A stretch of 56,149 nt of DNA, counting the filler, from Sphacelaria rigidula (taxonomy: Eukaryota): the NCBI GenBank assembly GCA_964200075.2. It is 6 parts of 6 records of this genome, joined end to end, with 100 filler letters (N's around TTAATTAATTAA, not from the genome) between each part and the next. Parts side by side here need not be neighbours in the genome. Positions count along the whole stretch, not along the records: positions 18,753 to 28,027 come from CAXNAA020008857.1; positions 28,128 to 37,401 come from CAXNAA020008858.1; 4 more parts are not named here. One strand, 5' to 3'. The position numbers were made by a program, and so were the translations under genes. Under the pieces are notes generated by a model. The model worked only from the letters and a program-made list of their open reading frames with translations, had not been told where the DNA came from and ran no database searches. Numbering within the stretch: the first letter of the stretch is position 1; each line of letters opens with the position of its first letter. Of this stretch, positions 23,786 through 36,490 are shown in pieces.

Positions 23786-26700
23786 TATTCGTGGGATGGC
23801 CAGGGTAGTCATTAAGATACACGATGTCAGGATAAAGTACAATAGTGGCATACCTGTTTGAGTTCCAGGTACTATACGGGATGGCTTTATACCGTGATAG
23901 TAGTGACTGGACATACGTGAGTGCGTGTGTTTGCCATCTTGAGATCTTGGCCCTACGAGGTCACTCTATCTCTTCTTTCCTTTCCATCCAATAAAGATAC
24001 ATTTACATTTTACCACATCCCGATCGGCAGTCAGCCGTGTCCACTGATCGACTATTGTAGTCGGGCCCACTGATCGACTATCGCAGTCGTGTCTGCACCC
24101 CATCCTCTCACGGGGGTCACGAAACTATAAACACTCTAAAGCCCTACCCAACTTGGGAGCTCTGTGGGCGAAGTGAAGATGATAGACTGGAGCACGGCGG
24201 AGACACACTCGGCTATCGGTGTAGACATGTCGTCTCCGACGGAAATACTAGAGGTGAAGGAGAATGTCGCCAGCCTGCAAGGATCGGTGACGGGTGTCAC
24301 CGAGCAGCTGGCGGAGCTGAGAATGATGATTATGTCTCAATTAGTGCGAGGGACATCGTCCACCGGCCCCGGAGCGGCAACGGGCGGGGAGGAAGAGTCA
24401 GGTGGCGGGAGGCACACCGTCGCTGGTGCCGGAACAGGAGGGACCCGGTTACCACATGGAGAAGGGATTGGATCAGACCCTCTTCAAGGATCGGTGGGCG
24501 ATGGATCAGCCCATGTAAGTATAAACGGGGATTCCCAGGCATCCTACCCTTATCTCGGCGTGAAAAAATATTTTCGTGTCAATGAGAACTTTGACGGTAA
24601 GGAGGAAAGTTGGCCGTTGTTTCGTGATGACATAACCCTGACACAAGTCAGTGCCGCAGTTTTTATAAGCGCCTTACATGCAGACGGGAAATATTTCTGG
24701 ATGACACAGGAAACTGGCCAGGACCCCCGTGAATAGTGGCTAGTGAAGTGGAAAAATGAAATTACAAGAGACCTCAGAAAATACGGGGGATTCGAAACCT
24801 GATGGGGGTGACAATGGTTCTGTATAAAGGAGAGGCAGTGTTGTATTTGTCGGAAGCAGACCACAAACTTCGCGTGTGACTGTCCGGAACGATATTGCAT
24901 GGGATACAGACAGAAGGGGCATTCGTTTCAGGAATGTACTATTAATAGAGGAGAAAACAAAGATACGGCGATGGCAGTAGGGTCGTCGAGTAATAGTGAT
25001 TCTCCTCCCGTATGCTCTGACACGGACGGGGAAGCCTTTTAAATAGCCGCATGAAACCCAGAAAGGACTCAAATACCCCTTTGATGTTCTATGTTTTGAG
25101 CGTTCGTGACCATGCAGACAGCAATTCATGTACCCAAGAAAAGGTTGATGCCCAGGTGGATCGAGATGTTGGACAGTCTCAGGACGATGCTAAGACCATG
25201 TTTCGATATGTAAACTGAAACTCAGTATATTGATGTTTGGCGGTTTTTCTGTCTCAATGAGTGCGGATTTTATTGCGCTCTTGTCTGACTCGATTTATGA
25301 ATTATAGATCGTGTGCCGTTTTTGTAAGTGTGAGAAACGCGGGGCACCGCGACTTGACTTGGCTGTAGGACGGTGTCGGTGAAATTGCGCAGGATGAAGG
25401 TGCGTGGAGGGTGTTAAGAAAATGTTTGACATGGATGCCGAAACTCAGCGCCTATGTACAATATTGTTGCCACCCCGATAAGTGCAGGACTGCGGGGCAC
25501 CGCATCTTGACTCGATTGGTTGATGGTGAATCTTGTTCATCGCCTTGGTGAGTACGGGCACATGGGGCACTATGGCTTGGCTAGACTAGAGGGTGATGTC
25601 GGTAAAGTTTCCGCAGAGGGGTATGCGGATGAATGATGTCAAGATCACACTTTGAAGTGGGTTCCGACACTCAGCATCAAAGTGAAAAATAAGTTATTAT
25701 CCTGAGAGGTGCAGGATTCGCGAGGCATCGCTTTCTGGCTGGATTGGTTGATAAGACTTTGTTGTTTTGGTAGGAGCAAGGATTGAGTAGCGCAATACTG
25801 GTGGCTTGGCCTTCCTGGCTGTGCTCACAAGTGAAATTCCTGTGCTACAGATGAGAAAAATGCGCATGACCCATATTCGATTGCTAGCAGAGCTGGCACT
25901 TTATGCGGAATGCGGTGCATGCGCACGGCATGCGTAAAGAAGAGTGGATTGTATCACACATGTGGTAGCTGGTCGCTGCTCGAAATTGCTGGCCAGGCAG
26001 AATCCACCTGGGATGTCAACATGTTGGCACGGCATGTACCAGTAAGAGTGTACTGCTTTATCTATCCAGATTGCTAGCGGCCGAACTGCTGTTGGATCCA
26101 TGTGTGGATGTGAACATGTTATTCATGACATGTTCAACAAAGGGTGAAATCGCCACCGTACGAGTACAAATTGCAGATCGAGTTGAAATGATGATTGTGC
26201 TGGATTCGGGTATGGTATGCGGGTGCGTGCTTGTGGGTGCCGTAATGTGACACCACAGTACAGTTCATGGTAACATAAGTATGTTTGTTCATCATAGGTG
26301 ATCGACTCACCCGAGTAACATGAAGAATAGTACTTTCCTTCTGCTGTCCCACTGCCCATTCCCCTCGCGTCTGAACCAAGTGTGAGACGTTGAGCCTCCA
26401 AAAACCATTTTTTCCGACAGAGGTGCTGTCTGGACGACCGTGACATGCACAAAGTATCGAATGTTTTTGGTGGACGGTGACCGGCCATGATCAAGATCAA
26501 CCTCCACGCTGCAAAACTCTCCGCTATGGGAGAAAGATGATCGTGAATGCAGCAGCCCTTCCCCGTGGCCTAGAAGGTGGGGGAGACACTGATAGCAGGA
26601 ATTGGGGGGGGCTGATACTGATCGTGTGTTTTGTCTGGAGTCGTTGAGCTGCGTTGCTCCGCCGGTCACCGGGGGGGGAAGGAGGGGTCAAGTAGATAAA

Positions 26701-27666
26701 AGTAGTGAGTGTCTGACTAGGTTTGGTAACGTAGGCACTGTAGTATGGACTACTGAAAATGAATACTGATTTGATTACGTTGGCACTGTAGCAAGAAGTA
26801 CTGCGTGCGGGGCCTTAGGTTTTTAATTAGGTTATTGTACTGTAGGCGACTGATTGTGTAGTGAGTTTCACTCGTTATAAATTTTGGAACATGTGATCCG
26901 AGTTTAAAAAACAGTTGCCTACTATACTGTGCATGTTCATATTTTTGTCTAGGAGCTTGGTCTCGCGTAGGTAGTGCAGGTTGCTCGAATGCAAAGTACG
27001 AACCACCCAGGCTGTTCCAAGGAGCATGGGCTAGTACAGTTTCAGAACATGACTTGCGTTTTGCCTGGATTGACCATTAGGAGCTATCGTGTGGTACACA
27101 CACAGCTCATGCATCCGAATACCGAGGTAGTCGGAGAGTCTTGATTGATTCTTGGTTGATCCCATAGTTGTCGGAACAGGCGACCAAGTTTCGGAATAGT
27201 ACGATACTTTTGGATTTGCTGATGAATTTGTTTATGAAAAGTTACACCTGTTGAATGCGCAGTGAGCGGACGAATTCTTTCGTGGTGAGATAGCTCTATT
27301 CCCTGAGTACGGTTTTTGGATTTTGCCGCTGACACCCACTACATGGGGAAATATTCGTGGGATGGCCAGGGTAGTCATTAAGATACACGATGTCAGGATA
27401 AAGTACAATAGTGGCATACCTGTTTGAGTTCCAGGTACTATACGGGATGGCTTTATACCGTGATAGTGACTGAACATACGTGAGTACGTGTGTTTGCCAT
27501 CTTGAGATCTTGGCCCTACGAGGTCACTCTATCTTTTCTTTCCTTTCCATCCAATAAAGATACATTTACATTTTACCACATCCTGATCGGCAGTCAGCCG
27601 TGTCCACTGATCGACTATCGCAGTCGTGTCTGCACCCCATCCTTTCACGGGGGCCACGAAGCTACA
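23786..27666 (+). mobile_element. Non-autonomous LTR retrotransposon, copy 1 (LTRs 23786-24133 and 27352-27666)
   Basis: Near-identical direct repeats; 5-bp TSD AAGTA (23781-23785, 27667-27671); purine tract GGGGAAA before the 3' LTR; gag-like relic; no recognisable PR, IN, RT or RNase H. Confidence 0.92.
24164..24895 (+). pseudogene. Gag-like relic of LTR element copy 1
   Basis: Coiled-coil-like N-terminus, a Copia-gag-like FDGKEESWPLF motif, and a degenerate zinc knuckle CCICRKQTTNFACDC after a stop codon. Confidence 0.6.
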
Positions 27667-28254
27667 AAGTATGCGTGATGCAGATAGACTACCCGCGTCG
27701 CGGCCCAATGGTTAATCGGCGTTGGGCTACAAATGTTCATGGTTGACACAATCTTACAAGTATCGCTATCCCTAACCCTGACCCCAACCCGATGCATACC
27801 GAGAACCCTCGGGCAAGGGCGGTACATAGCATTCCCTTCGCAAAGTGCGGCCTTGGTAGACCCCGAATTGGCGCTGTGGCGTCGATTTCAACGAAAACGC
27901 GTTTTGTGCACGTGAGGAGCAAACGGGACTGCCGGCCCTACTACTACTACTACTAATATTATTATTATTATTATTATTATTATTATGATTATTATTATTA
28001 TTATTATTATGATTATTATTATTATTANNNNNNNNNNNNNNNNNNNNNNNNNNNNNNNNNNNNNNNNNNNNTTAATTAATTAANNNNNNNNNNNNNNNNN
28101 NNNNNNNNNNNNNNNNNNNNNNNNNNNGGAATAACAGTTGCACTCTGTCCATACTTGTTGGGTGTGATGGTGGTCGGGGAAGTGTAAATTATTGTTCCGA
28201 GAAGGATCACACGGTTACTTGATTCCAGTATTGGAGCGGGGGATCATTTTCGAC

Positions 28255-28495
28255 ATTAATAATATTGATAATAATATTGATAATATTGATAATAATAATA
28301 ATAATATTGATATTGATGATGATATTGATGATGATGATGATGATGATGATGATAATATTGATAATATTGATGATGATGATAAATATTGATAATATTGATG
28401 ATTAATTGATTAATAATTAATAATAATATAATATTGATAATAATAATAATAATATTGATAAAATATTGATTAAATTAATAATATTGATGATGATG
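28255..28495. repeat. (AAT/GAT)n low-complexity tract
   Basis: Seen directly. Confidence 0.9.
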
Positions 28496-28610
28496 TCGGG
28501 ATTCGAACTCATGACTTCCACAGTTGGAGTCTCCTGTATCACTTGAATAAATACGACGCAGTCGTGTCACGCGAAAAGTGCGTTGCCGCGCCCAATTTGA
28601 TGTATTTTTG
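28495..28610 (-). repeat. Repeat with a tRNA B-box-like motif; inverted copy at about 31435-31542
   Basis: Both copies share attcaagtgatac.ggagactccaa.t.tgga.gtcatGAGTTCGAATCCCga. No complete cloverleaf. Confidence 0.65.
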
Positions 28611-29614
28611 GCCGAAACTTTACCAGACTGTCGTTGACGCGAGCGCTCATGTATGTTGGAGCGTTGTCATCGTTTGAATCATTTTTTAAGGAAGTTTATA
28701 GCATTTTTACTGTTTTTGCTGAAACTTGAACTCGCTCCAACTTCCTTTTTTTTTTTTTCCCCTTTGCACCCCCAGTAGGGTTGCCCGGGTTGATGCTAAA
28801 ACTGTCGTGCCAAAATTTAAGCACTTAGCTCTTCGACTTGCCAATGGTATCTCTACTCTTCGTTCAAAAATCTCCCCAGATGTGTCCGTCGGAGGTTTGT
28901 CATTTATTTACACAAATGTACCTGTATATAGTCTACTGACATATATATCGCGTCTTGATTATTGTCTTCCCCCTGTCCAAAACGTCCCAACCCATCCAAC
29001 CCAATACCATTCATATCCCTCAATACGCGATTTGTGTTGATTATGATCCTCTTCCCAACTATTCGCGTAAAAATCAGGTGTGGGAAGGCGACCCCAACCC
29101 GTCCGAGACTGTGGACTGGCTGTCGGGCTTCACGCCAAGCGTTGAGGAGGTGAGGGCGTTGTTGCGTCGTTGCAGTTCTTCCACCCACCTGTGACACACC
29201 CATGCCCACTGTCGTGTGTTTTCGTGACTCGCTCCCGCAGAGTTCGTCGGGTGAGGGCCTGTCTGAACACATGAGTTTTCGATCGAAAACGTGCGGTGGA
29301 AAACTTAAATCCCGATCTGATGGGTCGTATTCTCAACCATCATCCTCCATTTTGAAGATGGTTGAAATCAAGCATCGGGATTTTTATTTTCCACCACACT
29401 CTTTCGATCGTAAACTGATGTGCTAAGACAGGGCATGGGAGTTTCTCTGCCCGAATAGGGTGTGATTTTTTTTTTTTGGCGTAAAGTGAGCTGAGTTGAG
29501 TGGCGTTACTTACGGTTGGGGTGCACGTTTTTTTTTTTTTCCCCTGAGGCTTTGCACTTCCTCCATGACAAAACGTTCATAGACCCTAGTGTGCAGTCTC
29601 GAGAGTATTTTCAC

Positions 29615-30162
29615 GGTTTGGACGAATCATCTCCGCTTCGAATCACCAAAAATTACGATGTTCAAAGCTCGATTTCTCGAAAGGGAGGGAGAAAAGTTGA
29701 CCGCTGGTCAAAATTATGTCCACTCAATTTTTTGGCCGCTCCACGTGCCTGGGGTGCGCGTACCTGGGTTGCACCTGGGTTGCAACGCTCAGAACAAAGC
29801 CTAAAGATTGATTCGTACGGTACGAATCAATTACACTAAAATCAAGTAATTTCTGGACGAATCGTTCATTCGTCCGACTCTTGAAACCTATTGGACAATT
29901 TTGGACCAAGAAGGGCGAGGTTCGGACGAATCATCATCATCCCTCATTCGAATCACCAAATCTACCGATTTCTGAGGCCTGCTTTCACGGGGGGAGAGGA
30001 AAAGGAAACATCAACAGTCAAAAACGTCTCTCCGCAAAATTTGCGCCATTCCAGGTGCCTGGGGTGCGCGGGCTTGGGGTGCAATACTGAAAACAAGCAA
30101 AGCCCCAAGAATTGATTCGTACGGTACAAATCGATCACACTGAAAGCAAGTAATTCTCGAAC
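29615..30162 (+). repeat. Two diverged direct copies, period about 303 bp
   Basis: ggacgaatcatc...ttcgaatcaccaaa...gtgcctggggtgcgcg...attgattcgtacggtac...caagtaatt at about 29615-29860 and 29918-30162. Confidence 0.8.
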
Positions 30163-33100
30163 CGTGAGAGAGGGCATCCCTGCCTAGGCTTGTACTTATT
30201 ACGCTAGCACGGCTTTACAGAATAGCGACCCATCATTATTTTCAAGACGAACGAATTCTGATCGAAAACCGTGGTAGCACATCAGGTAGAAAGCCTACCC
30301 CTGCCGCAGCATAATTCACTCCCAACTCGCTTCCACGGCCCTCTTTTTTTTTTTTTCTTCGTTCGGCGTCCGTACCTTCGAAGCCATGCGGGAAGGGACA
30401 GGCCCTAAATATTTTGATGATCCTGAAGTTTCCTAATGTTCATGTTAAAAACAAAAAAAAACACCCTCAAATTTATATAATCCCGTGTTGGGAGCAGCCA
30501 GTTGGACGGAAGGTCGCGAGTTCGGATCCCGGCACATTTTACCCTTTCAAATAAAATCGGGGCTCTGGTTTCCGTCGTGAAAACGTGAGGGCGTGAGAGG
30601 AAGGGTGCAGTGAGACAAAATAAGCGAGGGTCGACGAAGTGTGTGTGTGTGTGTTGTCATCCCATCTTATTCTGGACGCCGGGCTACACCTTTCGGTATA
30701 TGTGGGCGCATCAGCCGGGGTCACACAGGAGGAAGGCTAACACAGGAGCTTTCTGCTGTTTTCTTTCGTTTTAGTACTCCACCTTCCTTCTGCGGTGCTT
30801 GACCTATTATTTATCGCGAGAGGGGTTCAGCGGCTCCTTCCCCTCATCAACGGTGAAGTCGTTTTTTGTCATTTTTCCGAAGTGCTGAGGACAAGTAACA
30901 TTCGGCGAGGGTCGACAAAGTGCGGGAGTGCCATTATTAGGCGAATTCTCGATAACAAGATGTCCGTACAGTCCCGGGGAGATGGGTTGGCCCCCTTTGA
31001 TGAGACCATGTACTGTATCAGCTCGTCCCATCCTGAGGATTAAACGTATGACAAGTTTTTTTCTTTGTGTATCCTTCAGACAAGACTGCTTTGAGATAGC
31101 GGAGTTTGGCGTACTTGCGTCACCCCGAAAAACGTCATCAACATCGTTGGGAAAAATTACCTGGGCACCACATTGTATCACACTCCGGACGGCATGTATT
31201 GAAGTAGTTGCAATAGGAAAATATGTATTGCGTAAAGTATAGGGCTATTGCAAGTATTGTCGGATATATACTAGCTGTGCCACGTAAAATTAGGAGTTGA
31301 ACGCTGAAATTTTTACAGCGGCTTATTATGATATGATGACGCTGTAAGTCCAGAAAATACGAGAATCTGCAGCTGCTCCCCGAATGTGTCATTGCCTTGG
31401 GTGCACAAAGTCTTCGTGGAATTTCAGCTCAAGAGTCGTCGAATTGGACCGTGCGTGCAACGTTTCTTGTGACAGCCGCGCCCCTATAATTCAAGTGATA
31501 CGGGAGACTCCAATTATGGAGGTCATGAGTTCGAATCCCGATAGATTTTTATTTTTTTTCGTCGGTCGTTGAGGTTATATATATAATGCAGTACACTTTT
31601 TTTTCATTTTTTTTTCTTCACTCAGCGGCGGTGCGGTGTGTGACCAGGATAGTCTGCACTTCACAGTGATATGCTTACATCGGCTTTTCTGTTTTTTTCT
31701 TCTTTTTTTTTTGTTATTCTGTTCTATTTCTTCTGTTCCTGATCACGGGCTAGATTGTTGCTATCAGCTGATGTGAGATGATCAATCAATCAATCAATCA
31801 ATCAATCGGGTTTATTCGGGAAACTGGGGAAGCTGTGGTGTGAGCAACTTTTAGCCGCTTTCAAGCTGGCCCAGCTCGTACCTATACTTTACGCTGTACA
31901 TTTTTTTTCTCTTGCAATTTTTCACCATGTTTAGTTCGGGGTGTGCGATGTATAGACTTTGGGCAGTGAAAGGGTACAGGGGTAGGTCGAGGGGAAGTAT
32001 GTACTTTTGAGGACTCGAGTAAAATACCCGAGTATTTACTCTACTTGAATTTGGAGTAGGTTGAGTTCGGCCTCAAATACTCTACTCAAAATTTGGGTAC
32101 TAAAAGTATGATTCTTCGGAAATACTGAGTATTGAGTATGCTCTTGTTGAAAGAGTACTTGATCCTATCTTAACGCGAATGTTGATCGGTGCCTACCTTA
32201 CAGTAGGGTGGATTATTTGTTTTCCTTGGAGGGGAAGGAGGTACTCATGATACGTTGTCTTTCCCTTGTCTAAAAAATAAAATCCAACCATCCTCAATAT
32301 ATATTTTTAATTCAACAATCTGTTATCTACTTTCCCCGTCCACTTCATTTTTCTCCAACCACCCTTCTTTTACCGTCTACATCTCTTGATCTCATTTATT
32401 ATATCCCATATATATTCTATATACCTTGATCGCGTCCCACAGCGAAGCTGAAAAGAAACAGGCTGGAAATAATCTCGAGAGAGATCGAGAGAGGGAGACG
32501 GTAAGGGAAGGGTAATTGCATACCGTAGTCAAACGACTATCTACCTTGCATCCCTACGAGGCTGGGACGCAGCACACCAGGTTCTCGCCGGACAAGGCTC
32601 GCAATCACCTAGTAAGCGCGAAGCGCCGTGACGTGCTCGGCGAGTCGCAAAAATGGTGAGCTGCGTCCTGCTAAGATTATCCGAATCGAAGCGTACTGAT
32701 TATCTTGCATTTGGATAACGGCTTCAAGTACTGTAGTCAGACTCTGTGTTCATTTTATCTTCAACCTCGCGCGTCGAGTTGGAAAGTCGGTCACCACCCC
32801 CTGAAGTCCGAATGGCCACCTGCGGCACCGGATCTCTTTTGAGGTTATCCTTATTTTTCCTTTTTATTATTTATTCCTGTTTTGTTCGTATCGCGTTTGT
32901 GAGTTTTTTTTCTCCGGGTATATATATATTTTTTTTTTCACTCGTACCTATATAGGTGGCTACCCTGTGACCACGGAAGGCGTCCGCATCAGATGCCCAG
33001 TACGAATGTACCGCGCAGAGATCGAAACGGTTTTTAATGTGAATACAACAACAACAACAACAATGAGTTGCTCCATTTTCTGTTGTCGCCACTTCCAGAG

Positions 33101-33723
33101 ACAGCCACGGGTCACACACTGTCTCATGGGTGTCTCGCCATTTCAACACTACGTAGTACGATCATTCCCCTGTGCGGAGTTGAGGTCCTCCCTCACCGCA
33201 GAGTATAATCCAGCTCGACCATCATGCTTACCGCAAAGAAAACGCGAGCGAAAAGAAAAATCGGTCACCTGGTTGCCCAGCTTCCGTAGCGAGTTGTGTG
33301 TGATGAAGGGTCGTTGCCTACCGACGTCAACCCTTACAATGGAGGGGGTGTTGATTCCGTGGGTTCTCCGCGACATTAGGTATTTTTCGCCATCGATGCC
33401 CTTGGTGTTACCCTGGAGCACTCGAGTACTTTCGACCGAGGATACTCCGGATACCCTTGAGTCATCGATTGATTATTGTACTTCAAGTGATACCCGAATA
33501 ATCCAGCCGTGGTCACGTGATGGTCGTATCCGAGACAAGAACAGAACCGAAACCCTCACTGAAGAATAAAGAAGACACTCACTTCTACGGCACGAAGCAA
33601 ATCACCTTGAATACATTCCGCGGCACATTCGTTCGTAGCTGACGACGCACGCTTCGGGCCGAACAATCTTGGCAGGATGTAGGTCACCCTTCATGCGACT
33701 CACTGACAAAATCACGGCGCTTT

Positions 33724-33950
33724 GTGATTGCCTGCGAGCCTGACTCGGCGAAATCCCGGCGTGTCCCGCCCCGGCTTTGTAGGAATTCGCGGTCAAAGGT
33801 CTCATGACGACGGCAAGCAAAATCATGAGTGCCCCAACCCCCCGACCCCCGCTTGGTGATCGCGAGGCTGGTCCCGGCGAAAACCCGGCGTGCTCCGTCC
33901 CGGCTTTGCAGGGATGCGAGGTTAATGGTCATATGACTACGGCATGCAAT
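33724..33950 (+). repeat. Short diverged tandem duplication (two copies of about 95 bp)
   Basis: cggcgaaa.cccggcgtg...cccggctttg.agg...atgac.acggca.gcaa occurs twice. Confidence 0.7.
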
Positions 33951-34016
33951 GCACATTAATATCTCCCCCTGCCCCCCCCCACCCCCACCGTAATGTGTCA
34001 AGTCATATGGCAACAG

Positions 34017-34260
34017 ATTTTCTGAGTTAAGGCTAAAGTTTGATGAAAGGTTCTCGGGAAGACAAAGGATTGACCTGCTAGAAATGACCGACCTGACGTA
34101 CATTTTTGCCTTCAGCATCAGGTGGAGGTCTCCCGTGGTTTCTTTCCCCCTCAACCTCGCCGATGTCCTTATCCTTCTCCAATCCCTGCCTTCGAACACA
34201 CCAGAAGGAAAACCTCAGAGTTTTCGCGACAAAATTAGAGAAGCCCATAAGCCCATGAAC
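34017..34260 (+). CDS. Probable internal exon of an unidentified gene
   Basis: caacag| acceptor, 81 open codons (FSELRLKFDERFSG...REAHKPMN), donor AAC|gtac, in phase with the next exon. No family recognised. Confidence 0.45.
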
Positions 34261-34411
34261 GTACCGTCCATCTCGAATATGTTTTCATGTATGAATTCAA
34301 TATACAAATATTAAAAATATATATCTATATACATTTCATTTGTCCAGTCATTCGTTTATTCGGCAACCGTTTGTGATGGAAAAAATGCCAAATGTACACG
34401 AAAAATGTCAG

Positions 34412-34564
34412 GTGGAGGCGGCTGCAGTGGGGTTCGACTTCGTAAACCCAGAGAAATGGCTTGAAGAAAAAGACGAGAAACTCACCCGAAAGTTTCTCGA
34501 CGAAGAGCTACAAGAAGTCTCACTCGTGGATCTCGGGGACGAAACCGGCGGATGGGAACGCTAG
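34412..34564 (+). CDS. Probable terminal exon of the same gene
   Basis: gtcag|GTG, then VEAAAVGFDFVNPEKWLEEKDEKLTRKFLDEELQEV...WER stop; phase 0 after an AT-rich intron. Confidence 0.45.
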   Translation: MEAAAVGFDFVNPEKWLEEKDEKLTRKFLDEELQEVSLVDLGDETGGWER

Positions 34565-35607
34565 GCAGTGACATGTCATGCTGTGCTGCAGATTGTCACG
34601 GACAGTCACAAGCCATGCCCATGTTGGTTTGCTACGGCGCGAAAATATGTCGATTTGTGTCTCACGTCGTGCGCGCCCCCGGTGTTTTTTCTCGCGGGTT
34701 CTGGTTATCTTATTTTTTTCCGTGTATCAGTCATGTTCCCGCAAGTGCTCTTGAACTGATGACTCGGATGTGTGTGTCAGTTCACGGTTGGGTTCTCCGG
34801 AGGCGTTGTGGGTGACGTCGGCGAGTGGGTCGACTGGGGGAAACATCGTTTTCGTGAGATTGAGAGTAGAGCGCTGACTGAGAGTGGTTTTGATCATTCG
34901 CTATAACTTGGCCAATTTTTCATCCCGTGTGTTCCTTTATTTGCCTCTGATACTAGCGTGTGCCTACAGCTACACGTCGATATCCTACTCTGGGATATCA
35001 AGGGCCTCAGAGGCGAGCTACTACAGAAAGCAAATCGGGCTTCGTGGAGGGACATTTCGGGACTAAAACGATTCATTCACTAATTGACCGCTTTTCACTC
35101 TCAATCGTATCCTCTACTCTCAATCTCACGACAACAATGTTGGGAGTAGATCGGCCCCAGCAGTGCAGTCGGACAAGGATGGGGGGGAAGTCGCGCGGGA
35201 GAAGGACGAGAAATCAAACGAATATTTTGTGTCGAAGGGGTTCTTGCTGCTACAGCACAAGTACGGTAGAGTAGAGTAGATTCCTGATCATTGATTTTCA
35301 TGGTTTGTGTTTGGTAAACACGAGGGATCAGTACAAACGGCGTCGCTGTGCTGTGATGCTGCTTTGTGCCCTAGTACTGGTATCAGTGTATCCTGCTCTA
35401 CAGCGCACGAACATCATAGTGAGTAAATGATCTCGCTCACGGTTCAGGGCATCGAGGCAGGAAATAGAGGATATAAAGCAGTCCGTCCGCTCTTTTCATG
35501 CGTGCGAACGCGTTTGTGGCTATCACGGTAGATCCACCTTGTGTTCATCTGATGCAGCAAAGAATCAGCTGACTGAAAATCATGGAGAGGCCTATGAGTG
35601 CTCCAGG

Positions 35608-36490
35608 CAGTGTTGCATGTCGGACCGAGAATAAAGTTCGATAGATATTTTGAGAATATCGAACCACCACCGCGGATATCGATATTTTTGTCGATATTTC
35701 GAAAATGACACGATACGAATCGAATATCGACATTCGATACGATATGGCTGTTTTGATATGGCCGCAGTGTACAACACCGAGCGGTACACTGGCACTGACA
35801 CCCTCAGTCACTATTGTAGGTTGCTCAAGATACCACATCCCCTAGACGGCTCTTCTTCTAAGCTCACTTACTCTTCACCAGAAACGATGCCAGGGCTGAA
35901 CTGGGCGGCATTGCAACCATGTCCTCGAGAGAAAGTGATCGAGCTTTGAATTTCGCTCCTGAGGGTGTGGTATCTCAAGCAGCTTACGGTAGTTTCCAGT
36001 GGACAGCAGTGGACACATGATGTCCAGCAGCGGGTAGTGTGCCAATTGACATCATAGCAGCGGCGGCATGCGGTGATACAGCTGTCTTGCGAATATCTTT
36101 CGTCATCGTGCAAAATGTATTATAGTTGATCACAACGGGCCGGGTGTGGCAGTGGTCATACCTCATTTCTACAGTCACCATTCCGTGTCTTTCGATCGAA
36201 TGAGCGCATACCTCGACTCTGCTCATTCATTAGAAGAGGAAAAGGTATCAAAACTCACATGCGAGCTCTTTTTTTTTCAACGTTTATCACCACCTCCCCT
36301 GCGTTTACTGTGACGACGGTTTCGAGAAATTGAGCTCATGTGACGAAAAGTAAAAAAATGTATATCGAGAGTGTTGATATTCGATAATGATTAATATCAC
36401 ATTTATCAGTTTTCTAGGCTCCGATACCGATGTGGCATATTGATTTTCATCGCAATCATATTGATCATCGATATTTGATGTGCAACACTG
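35608..36490. mobile_element. 883-bp non-autonomous hAT element
   Basis: TIR cagtgttgcatgtc / gatgtgcaacactg; degenerate 8-bp TSD gctccagg / gttcaagg; ATATCGA-rich subterminal repeats at both ends. Confidence 0.75.

Noticed and set aside
23883..23892. Self-priming pairing between LTR ggctttata/gactttata and the post-LTR sequence
   Set aside because: Only about 7 bp and overlapping a probable TATA-like element; the apparent covariation rests on two copies and could be chance.
30480..30540. tRNA gene
   Set aside because: Only a T-arm/B-box-like motif is present; no acceptor stem or anticodon arm could be built.
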